A DNA stretch of 63,822 nucleotides, counting the filler, from Licmophora abbreviata (lineage: Eukaryota): assembly GCA_900291995.1 (NCBI GenBank). It is 8 parts of 8 records of this genome, joined end to end, with 100 filler letters (N's around TTAATTAATTAA, not from the genome) between each part and the next. Parts side by side here need not be neighbours in the genome. Positions count along the whole stretch, not along the records: positions 25,852 to 31,998 come from OLMU01004355.1; positions 32,099 to 34,276 come from OLMU01004356.1; positions 34,377 to 39,583 come from OLMU01004358.1; 5 more parts are not named here. One strand, written 5' to 3'. Below the pieces are notes generated by a model. The model was not told the DNA's origin, did no database searches, and was given only the letters and a program-made list of their open reading frames with translations. Of the stretch, positions 26,684 through 36,115 are shown one piece after another. Each line of letters starts with the position of its first letter. The stretch's first letter is position 1. Both the position numbers and the translations under genes were made by a program.

Positions 26684-27036
26684 TGCAACGTTCGCTCTAC
26701 TTTCTGCAAGAAACAACCCGCAGCCAATAGCTTGCCATCAACACGTTCCTGTGTTCTTTGCTAGGACACATATCGTATTTTGTGAGCATCGGCAAGTCAT
26801 TCTTGGGCCTTTTCCGGGTCATTCGACAATATGCGAGCTCTTGTCATCGCGACTTCGAAAAAGAAAAGTGCAACGCGGAGCGCGGAGACGCAGGACGCCG
26901 TCACTCGATCACCCATGGCGACACCCTGTTGCTCTGGTGTTTCTTTGAAGCGTGTTGGCATACTTCTGACGATACCTCCGCTCGCGTTGACTAGGAAACT
27001 GCTCAACTTTGTAAATTAGGCGAATTTGGAAGCGAA

Positions 27037-27966
27037 ATGCGAGTAAATCGAGCGATTGTCACTTCCACCATAGTCTTGCTTGTGTCGGTCACTGCAAGAG
27101 CCAAGAAGCCTCCGTCGCGCTTCCCTGCATGGCGGTTTCCTGGACTTCCTTTTGACGACACAGGAGAAGAGTCCAAGTCTTCTTCGTGGAAGGGCTTGGG
27201 TCGTGAATTCGACTTATTTGATTCGAGAAAAAGTCAGGAAGCTTCTCCAGGCGACTCATCCCCGCCTCGACCGCCTTTTCCGACGCGGGCGGCCTCTTCG
27301 ACTACTCGTACCTCGACAACAGCATCGCGAGCTCGCTCCTATGCTTCTTACGGCGGTCGATCGCCCCGTGTACGGAGTTCTCAGACGACAACTCCCGTCT
27401 TTCAGAACGTCCGCGAGTGGTGGTCGGAACATGTCAAGCACTGGCCAAAGCTTCAATGTCGTGTCGAGCCCACGACGACACTGAAAATTCGAAAAACCTT
27501 TCGTCCTCTAAAAACCATTGTGCAATTCGGGGCCGATTTCAACACGCAGCTGGGGGTGTGGCAATTCAAGAGCAGCTGGGAAGATGCGATCATTGGGGGT
27601 AAACTGACCTTGGCGGGACGTGAACTGCAGCTTACGAAAAGCTGGCAACTGAGCGTGGGCTCATTAGATGACTTGGTGACACGCTTGAGATTGCGCGCGG
27701 CGGTCGATTTAGGGACCATGAAGGCGTATGCACGTGTTGGATTTCGTACGGAGCGACTGTCGCCCATTAACGTTGTCGAGGGCTTTACTATTCAAAAGCA
27801 AATGCCTCTCGATGGACCCGAAGGACACGTCAAGTTGGAGGTGAAGGCGAATTTCGCTCTACCCGAACCGGAAATTGAATATTCTACAGAATCGCATCGG
27901 TCATTGATTGGAATGGGCGATATGGAGGTAAACATTGAAGAGCTGAATCTTATACTAGACTATTGA
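27037..27966 (+). CDS. Signal-peptide protein with beta-strand-rich C-terminal domain (candidate plastid envelope beta-barrel)
   Basis: 309-aa intronless ORF: signal peptide, S/R/T-rich linker, alternating hydrophobic/polar strands, ends LNLILDY. Confidence 0.6.
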   Translation: MRVNRAIVTSTIVLLVSVTARAKKPPSRFPAWRFPGLPFDDTGEESKSSSWKGLGREFDLFDSRKSQEASPGDSSPPRPPFPTRAASSTTRTSTTASRARSYASYGGRSPRVRSSQTTTPVFQNVREWWSEHVKHWPKLQCRVEPTTTLKIRKTFRPLKTIVQFGADFNTQLGVWQFKSSWEDAIIGGKLTLAGRELQLTKSWQLSVGSLDDLVTRLRLRAAVDLGTMKAYARVGFRTERLSPINVVEGFTIQKQMPLDGPEGHVKLEVKANFALPEPEIEYSTESHRSLIGMGDMEVNIEELNLILDY

Positions 27967-28070
27967 ATAAGATACTATCGTACTAAGTAAATACTAGCCG
28001 GCGGTGAGTAGGCAGCTCTTGCTATGAATTTGTGTTCCCCTCGAGAGCGATCTCGTATGATATCTGTCCT

Positions 28071-29674
28071 CTACGACGATGTCGAGCTAAACATGGACGT
28101 ATGTCCAACTGGATTGCTCATAGACGAGGTGGCAGGAGCCCGCACCGCCGACGCTCCCGCGACCGCACTTCCACCGCGCCCCGTGTCACCACCACTATTA
28201 GTACTCGCCCCAAAGTACTGGCTCGGCCTCAATCCACCACTCGGGATCGTCACTTGCATGGCCTCGGACAGTGCCTGATACAAGGGCTCCGCAGCACGTG
28301 GTGGTTGGATGCTGCGCTGTATCAATAACTCTTGCGGTGACACACGCGTTCCGTAAAACTTTGCGTTGACGTCGTGTCGCGGGTTCAAGACGGATCCCTC
28401 CAAACTAACGCCGACAAATAGTCCCTGCGCATGAGCATAGGCATACGCAGGCTGCAATGTCACACCACTGCTCATTTGTGCACCTCGTCCTAGTGGACCA
28501 ACTGCGACATTCATTTCAGCTCCAAGATGCATAGTATGATCGTTACATAAACTGTCGACGGCAGTTTGGGTAGTGAGTAGGATGAGATACTCTGTAAACT
28601 CTCCGCCGAGCTGGGCGCCCCATCCCAACCCCACAGTACCCAGGGCACATGGCGCACTCCACGCATCCGTTTCATGCAACTTGGAAATGAGACATCCAGT
28701 TCCGACCTTTCCTGAGACCACCATGCCAGCCTTGACGACAGTCAGAAAGCATAGGCCCTTGGCTTGATGCAACAGATCAAGCGGAATACTCTGATCCGAT
28801 TCGTGTAAATTGCTTCCACCACACATGTGCTTGACAATGCTCGCAGCTTGCCGAAGAGTACTCCCTAATGTAAAAGACAGCGGATTGGACCAGCTACTCG
28901 TAGTAGTCGTATTCAAGTCATGGCACGGCGGCTGGTCGGCATGGAGCAAAAAGTCATAGACGGCATGTTGACAGACATCTGGAAGCTGCTGACGATTGTA
29001 CAGATCCAGCACATCGACACACCACAGATCGAGCTGCACTTGTCGATATTTTATAAGATCATCGTGCTGACTTTGCGTGCTACTCAACCACGTACTGGGC
29101 GTCCAATGTCCCAGTCGACCGGCCCAGTGTTTGGCGGGAAAGAGAGTTTCGATTCTCACTCCGTGATGTTGTAACAAGGCCTGCAGCTTGCTAAACTCTC
29201 CGTAGCGATGTTGAATCATATGGGAAGCAGAGTTCGACTGCACGCTCAATATATAAGACGTGTAGGTCGCACCAGTGGCATCTACCTTGCTTTCGGCTGA
29301 AATGACTCGTACAATGAGAGCGGATTGTGTTGCTGATGCGGTACCATCGGCGGCAGGGTTCGTAGAAGCAGCTGACGTAGTAGGAGTCATTCGTTTGTCT
29401 TCAGTGGCTTGAGACAAGCCTGTTCCATGACGACGCCAATCCTTACGAGCTGTCTCCGCGAGAATAGCAGACGACGGCGTTTGCGCTTGCAGTGTCGTTG
29501 GTGGAGTCTGTACTGCTACTGGCTGGCGCTGTTGAAGAGGGTGCGGCGAGGAAAAGGTATTGCTCGTAGCCTGTGGCGGGGTGTCTGTGCCGACGGAGGA
29601 ACGCATCGACTCAGCACGCTGTTGAGCCTCCTCTCGTAGTGTCATCCCACCGTTGTGTATCTCTGATCCCATCA
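28071..29674 (-). CDS. PX domain + SYLF/Ysc84 (DUF500) domain protein
   Basis: PX-like YTSYILSV..IQHRYGEFSKL..FPAKH; SYLF IPLDLLHQAKGLCFLTVVKAG..GKVGTG..WSAPCA..GWGAQLGGE..GLFVGVSLEGS..N.KFYG. The start codon is uncertain. Confidence 0.88.
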
Positions 29675-29992
29675 TGGTGTACAGCAATGTGCAGAAAACA
29701 GCAGCAGGCAGCACAACAAACATCAAAGTGTTGCAAGTCGTGACGAGACAAATTCAGAATTTGCTCACTTTTACGCGGGTCTTTTTCTTTCAACGGATGG
29801 AAAACTTTGCGAGGTCTCGAGGTTTCACTGTACCGGTACCAGTATCATACCTCAGTGCAAAGTCAATTGAGGTGGATCTCTACCGGTACCCTTTTTCACA
29901 AACGCATCTCAGAAAGGCTATACGATTTCGTCCTCCTACATGGATACGTAATGCTATCTCGTAAAAAAAGAGGCATACATTCCCCTATATGC

Positions 29993-31998
29993 TCACTCGT
30001 CCTCCGCGCCTCGCAATCGCGTTGTGATCTGACCAACGCGAGACTCAAGGCTTTCTCGAAAGCTCCGATACTCATTGTCGTGTTTCTGAAGCAAGCCGCT
30101 CTCTTCTTCTCGAAAGTCTGTCCATCTTTGCTCTTGAAGCTCTCGGTACTCATCCCACGCTTCCGACTGATGCTGACGGAACTCGTCGTAGTTTTGTTCC
30201 TGCTCTTGCAGGAAATTGGCCCAACGCGCTTGACGACGTCGCTGGTAGTGCACAGCTGATACCTGCAAGATCCTTTGCAGTCGTTCCGTCTCCTGTGCAA
30301 GCCCTTCGTCGTCTAGTTTTTCCTCATCGTCCGACATAATTCTTGCTTGCAGCAATTCTTCCATTTCATCGGCAGCCGCACGTGCGTCTTCGTCATCATT
30401 GTCGCTTCTAGCTTGGTTGTCAGTTCGCGCCATGGACACCTTTTGAAGGGAACGGCGCTTCGACGACTGAGAATCCGCTTTTCGCTTGCGTGCTTGCTGT
30501 GGAGTAGGCGTTCCGGCGGATGGAGAGGCGGATTTCGGGTTGTCGATAGAACGTTGCCGTGGACTCTTATGAAATGATGCACGCGACGTTTTTTTCTTTG
30601 CCGAAGCTGGTCTTTGCTTCTTCTGTGCAGCAGCCATGCTCGGATCGCCACTCTCACCTAGAGGGTTGGACAGGTGTCGATCAACCCGTTCCATTAGAAC
30701 GTTCGGCCCACATCTCGCATCATCGGATCCTTCAGCTTTCGCGGGCATCTCCGCGCCTTCGCATCCGAGGGGACTAGCATCATCACATTGGTGCTGTTCT
30801 ACCACAATATTCTCGAGAGGCGGAGCGACATTCCCGGAAGGAGCCAGCGTCCCCAGTGCGAACAAACGCTTGTACTCATCGAACTCGGCCCTGACTTTCA
30901 CCGGCACAACACGATTCACATCTCCCGGAAAGGTTCGTGTTTTCTTTCGCTTGAGGGCAAATAACGTCCCAAGAGCTCCTGTCGCGTTAGACTGCACATA
31001 CGCCCAATCCGTAGCACCCGTTCTGGACCGCCGTTCGCTTTCCACCATGAGCCTTGCCAACTCCTTTGAGCTTTCAGGCAAAACAGAAAGATCCAAAGGA
31101 GATGGTTTGTCAGTCGCTGATATCCCGGAAGCTACCCGACGACTCCTCTTCGGTTTAGCGGCAGTTGAAGCTATTGTTCTAGTTGTCGTGCTGTCTCTCT
31201 ACCAGCAGCTTTGCTAGGCTTGGCCTTCGCAAAAGGGCCAGCGACAGGGACCTTAGGTTTTCCTGCCGCAGCTGGCGAAGCTGGCTGTCCCTCACCACGC
31301 GGGCTCGATTCGGTAGAGTCTGCTTTTTTCTTGGCTTCCCGTGATACCTTTTCCTTCTCGATAGCGTCCAAGAAGGCATTAAATTCTTTTATCAAACCTT
31401 CCGGTGCTAGCGTTTGGATACTCTTTGGGATCTTCTTGGAGCGGAACGGCTTCAGAACCGTCCTCACAGAATCCGAGGTCGTTTTGAATTTGAATGCCCA
31501 GTCAAATACTGCAACCCAGCTAATCTTTCCATAGGGCGCAAGGTACAGCTTGCTAATCATGATCCAGTACGCAAGCTCCTTGTACCCCTCCTGTAGTTCG
31601 GGGAACAGCTGGTAGGAATCGAACCAAATGACTTCGCAAACCAGTTCTTCAGTCGCCTCTCCCTCCGCCACACCACGATCCTTTTCAGCCATTGGCTTCT
31701 TTTGTTTAGCCTCCTTCTGGATCGGCATAGTTAATGGCACGCTTTCGTCTGCATTGTCATCGGACTGCGAAATGCTATTCGCGGCTCCGTTCTCCGACAC
31801 AGTTGGCTTTGATGAGATTTTCACATCGGTAGTCTTCCCAGGTTTTGTCGTCACCTCCGGCGATTCTTCCTGATCACTGGGAACCTGCTCCAAATTTTCC
31901 GTCACTATTGGCGTGACAATCTCCAGATCAAGCTTCGTCGCCGCAAGAGGTGATAATTTCTCAATTTCCCCGTTTTCGGGTTCTCCGTCGACTGCAGA
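29993..31998 (-). CDS. Uncharacterised protein, 3' part (two copies of an ELA..W repeat domain plus C-terminal coiled coil); frameshift near 31195
   Basis: ORFs 31171..31905 and 29993..31096 connect across a shift in an AGAGAG run; the frame is open up to the spacer. Confidence 0.6.
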
Positions 31999-32098
31999 NN
32001 NNNNNNNNNNNNNNNNNNNNNNNNNNNNNNNNNNNNNNNNNNTTAATTAATTAANNNNNNNNNNNNNNNNNNNNNNNNNNNNNNNNNNNNNNNNNNNN
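31999..32098. other. Artificial assembly spacer
   Basis: N44-TTAATTAATTAA-N44. Confidence 0.98.
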
Positions 32099-32628
32099 TC
32101 CCGGTTTTCGACTGCAGACTCAACTACCGCTACCGCGACTGGCTCTTCCTCTATTTCGTCTTGCATAAGAGGCGTCTCAATTTCTTTAGACAAGCCCTGC
32201 TGACTCTTCGGGATCAGTGGATTCGTTCCTTCCGAATCTGTTTCATCCCTCTGTTGCCGGTGCTGCAAGTGCCGAGCCGACGCTTCTTTTCGTTTGATCG
32301 CTCGCGCTTCCCGGACAAGCTGACGGCAATAGTAAAAGACATGCAGTTCCCAAGGATCGGGAATGATTCGTTTGAGAGGCTGACTCGTTGCAAAGCCCCG
32401 TTTCCGTTTCGCTCGTTGAATCATGTCGAGCAATCCGGGGGACGCGGATTCCGCAAAGAAGTCCCAGTTGATGCGATTGAAGTTCTTGCCCTCCATTTGT
32501 ACCCATAATCTGGCGAGTTCTCGTATTTCGGGACGAAGGTTGTCGACATCTTGATCCGTAGGAGGGGGAAGTTTTCGTACAAGGGGTCGAAGAGGCAAGG
32601 AAGAAGGGATGGGGGGTCGCTGTGGCAT
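32099..32628 (-). CDS. Uncharacterised protein, probable 5' part of the 29993..31998 gene
   Basis: ATG at 32628 and open into the spacer. It contains a third copy of the same repeat domain, and both gap flanks encode SAV(E/D). Confidence 0.6.
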
Positions 32629-33203
32629 GGTGAAATTAGTAATGACGATGTACAGTGCACAAACGTAGTTTTCTTCTTCAGTTTCTGTTTCGAAAGCAAA
32701 AACAGAACGAAGCGCCTTTATTCCTTTTCCGAGTACACTTCAGCTAAAAAAATACGGTGGATGCTTCGAGATCAACGTCAATGATCGATGAAAGGTTGTT
32801 TCCAAGCAAAGGTTGCGGTCCTTCGACATGAGAGACTGCACTGTGTGTGAGGTGTGTGAGCGGGTGTTCCCGCGGTGTATGAAAACGCGCGAAAAGTGAA
32901 GTCTCGTAAAGTCATTTGAATAATCCTCAGAGCTGAATATGTTGAAAAGACATTCCAAACTGAATTTCGAGCCTCACAAGAACTCACAGATGACGGACGA
33001 CGACATTGCACAAGAGAGACACCACCTTGTACGATGCATTAACTCGCGACTATTGTAATAATGATTGATCAACTGGCACACTACCGCTGGCGTGACTTGT
33101 GTGACGTGACACGACCCAACTCAACTCCTCTTCTGTCTACTATTGCCTTGTCCCCATCACCGCGCCACCGCCCATCACGACATCTCCACAAGAAGCAATC
33201 CCA

Positions 33204-34183
33204 CTATGTCGCCATGGAGTAAAGCTTGACACTAAAGTTTGCGACGATACTCAGCATAAGCATGATTCCCAGAACAGTCGGTCCGACAGTATCTTCATAC
33301 GGACCCGGGGCCTTGCGACGAATCATGGCAGCCCTTCGGGCGTCTACATGATCATTGTTGTTACAAGGTATCCAATACGAAAGTACACAAGACAATATTA
33401 CCGTGAGACGCCAAGACTTTTCAAAACAAATCATACAGACGTATTCACCACACTCTCGCTTCCTACTCACATTGATACATGGCGTAGACAATAAAGGCAA
33501 TGGCGACGGGCAGCATAATGATTCCATACAATTGCGACCACGGATTCGACTCCGCAAAAGCCACAATGGCGACGCTGGCTCCCGCGAGCAGAATGGCACA
33601 ATGCATCCACGCCAAAAAAGTACGTTCGTTGGCAAAAAAGACCTTGGGCTCGACCTTGACGGGCACCTTGCGTTCTCGCACAAGAGTACCGACTTCGCCG
33701 TACGGACGGGCTGCAGTTTCGTGAGGAGGAGGTCCGCCAAAGAGACGACGAAAGAAGCCTCCACTGCCACTGCTGCCATTGCTGCGGTCAGAATGACTCG
33801 AACCGCTCGGGGCGCCTTGCTTTCTGCGGCCCTGTGTGTTGAAGGGAAGTTTAGGGAGAGCATGAGAGCAGTGAATGAGTAAGTAAAGTGAGCATCCGAG
33901 CGTCCTACGCAATCATCAAATTCCCTCTTGTACACACACGTCCGTATCTCGGTGGAGGGAATTAGGAACTTACCGCTCTCGGAGTATTGACCGGCCGACT
34001 TGCAAATTCCTCCGGCGCGGCCCCCGAAGGAAGCTGCTCTACGACTTCTCCTCCGTCCGCATCTCGAACAGCGCCAGTCCCTCTGCCGTCCCCACTGCCT
34101 TCACTGTGCACGAAGTAGTACGAGGGGCCACTGCCACTCGCGTTGGAGGGCAAGAGAGCTTCTTTCTCCGACGACGACGACAT
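33204..34183 (-). CDS. Vacuolar transporter chaperone VTC1-like (DUF202) protein; exons 34183-33974, 33831-33471, 33343-33204
   Basis: KVPVKVEPKVFFANERTFLAW, three TM helices and YARRAAMIRRKAPGPYEDTVGP, typical of VTC polyphosphate-complex subunits. Confidence 0.92.
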
Positions 34184-34276
34184 GATATAGAGACTGCGCT
34201 CGCTGTGTGCGGCATGTGAAAGTGAGAATGGGATTGCAACATGCGGGAACCCATCGGCACGTAGAAGTATACGTTA

Positions 34277-34376
34277 NNNNNNNNNNNNNNNNNNNNNNNN
34301 NNNNNNNNNNNNNNNNNNNNTTAATTAATTAANNNNNNNNNNNNNNNNNNNNNNNNNNNNNNNNNNNNNNNNNNNN
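34277..34376. other. Artificial assembly spacer
   Basis: N44-TTAATTAATTAA-N44. Confidence 0.98.
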
Positions 34377-34683
34377 TTTTCAGTACTATGAGATCGAATC
34401 TAGAGTGAATCTTGTGGGGTGACAGACAGACGTCGTATCTTTTGGATCTTTCAAAAAGAAGTTTCGAATTGACAATTGACGCAACATGCACGTCAGTCAC
34501 CTGCACAGGACGATGAGAGGAAGATCAATTGCTCTACATCGGGGGTAGTTGTGGTTCGAGGATCAAGAGAGCGAGAATATAGTGAGGTACAGGAGGCACA
34601 AACGGAGACGCGCTGATCGATTGGATAACACAAAGAAGAGAAAAGCACCCAGACAGACCCCACCCGTTCAGCCACCGCGCGAG

Positions 34684-36006
34684 ATGCACACATCATCGCT
34701 ACTCTTTCGACTGGCACCGCTACTTTCTACCACTGGTAGTTCCGCATTCACAAATTTCAATCATCTGATTCGCTCGTCTGTGTGGTCTCGACAACGTTCC
34801 CAGAGTATCATGTCTACAACGAAAGCTGATGCATCGACTACACAGTCGGATGATGCACGGTCGCAGCACACGTCGGCAGCCGCGCTTATTGAGACTAACA
34901 TGCAGAAATCCTGGAAGTCATTTGTGATTGATCTACAATCGACGTATCCACCTTTTTCAGATAACTTGTACAATCATTCTCATTTTCTATCCCATTTTCG
35001 AAATGCCAATTTGCAATACGCCGACGGTGTCACGGAGGAGATTCAGTTTGGCCGTGAGTACGACTACGACACCTCGACAACTGTATCATCATCGAGTCCC
35101 ACAACGAACAATGACTCTCTCCTTCCAGATATGCTTCAGCAATACGAAGGCTATAGGAGCAAATCTGCCGGCGCCATGTCGCTCTCTGCCTTTGGTCAGT
35201 TTTTCTGTCCACTCTCACCTGATATTATGTTCGAGGACCCAGACTTCCAACGTCTCCTGCTCACACTGTCACTATTGACCGGCATTCACAACGACCTAAC
35301 GTCCTATTACAAGGATGATAGTTGGGACATGATGAAAATTTGTATGCGAGTGGGGAGCTACACAGAAGAAGCAGCCAAACGCTTCTGTGTCGAACGGCAT
35401 TCTGAACTGTGGCAAGACTACCAGAGGTTGTGCGGTGTGCTACGAGAACGACATGCATCATCATCATCATCATCATCACAAGCATCGTCTATCATGTACT
35501 GGATTGATAATATTCTACCAGCGTACATGAAGGGTATCTTGGCATGGCAGTGTCATGTCAAGCGTTACGAGACGACCGACAAAAGTAGCGTTGAGCTCTT
35601 TGATCAGCTGTTTCCTGGTGCCAAGGGTAGTCACGGGCTGGTGAACGAGGAAACGGGGCGTGCTCCAGGGGAAGTGGACCATGGGCAGCTGCGAGCTCGA
35701 ATTAATGAAGAGACATTCCGATGGGCGAAACAGTCAGGTCTCGTACCGTTGATCCCAGAAAAGAAGTGGAACGCGCTCGACTTGGGGCTTGCGGCGCTAT
35801 TGGTGCACCCCCGCGCTTGTGATTCAGAGCAAAGCGGCGAGAAGGATGATATAGCGGGACTCATACTGTTTGCAAAGTATCTCGGATGGATCATTGTTGT
35901 CGACGATGTAATGGAGGAACCGAGATCTCACGAGCGCACCAAGTTGGCCTTTGCAGAATGTATGAAGCTGGTGGAAGACGACTCGCCTCACGAGGGTCTT
36001 AGATAG
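34684..36006 (+). CDS. Microbial-type class I terpene synthase-like protein, circularly permuted, with presequence
   Basis: Sensor Arg YEGYRSKSAG (about 35155), NSE motif NDLTSYYKD (35290-35316), WQCHVKRY (35545-35568), then FRWAKQSGL..DLGLAALLVHPRA..AKYLGWIIVVDDVMEE (DDxxE at 35902-35919). Intronless; first ATG at 34684. Confidence 0.85.
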   Translation: MHTSSLLFRLAPLLSTTGSSAFTNFNHLIRSSVWSRQRSQSIMSTTKADASTTQSDDARSQHTSAAALIETNMQKSWKSFVIDLQSTYPPFSDNLYNHSHFLSHFRNANLQYADGVTEEIQFGREYDYDTSTTVSSSSPTTNNDSLLPDMLQQYEGYRSKSAGAMSLSAFGQFFCPLSPDIMFEDPDFQRLLLTLSLLTGIHNDLTSYYKDDSWDMMKICMRVGSYTEEAAKRFCVERHSELWQDYQRLCGVLRERHASSSSSSSQASSIMYWIDNILPAYMKGILAWQCHVKRYETTDKSSVELFDQLFPGAKGSHGLVNEETGRAPGEVDHGQLRARINEETFRWAKQSGLVPLIPEKKWNALDLGLAALLVHPRACDSEQSGEKDDIAGLILFAKYLGWIIVVDDVMEEPRSHERTKLAFAECMKLVEDDSPHEGLR

Positions 36007-36115
36007 ATGTTGATAGCGCTGCGAGCTTAAACTCATAATATATCGATTTTTAAAAGAAAGATGTGAATAGCGATGCGAGTTTACACTCATAATAACTCAT
36101 AATAGCAAGCTGCAT

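Noticed and set aside
34549..34683. Longer GTG-initiated N-terminus of the terpene synthase ORF
   Set aside because: Non-ATG start in a eukaryotic context; the ATG at 34684 begins a plausible presequence.
34684..36006. Domoic acid (dab) or kainoid gene cluster
   Set aside because: No alpha-ketoglutarate dioxygenase or P450 nearby, and the protein keeps canonical cyclase motifs (DDxxE, NSE, WxxxxxRY) in permuted order rather than resembling DabA as I recall it.
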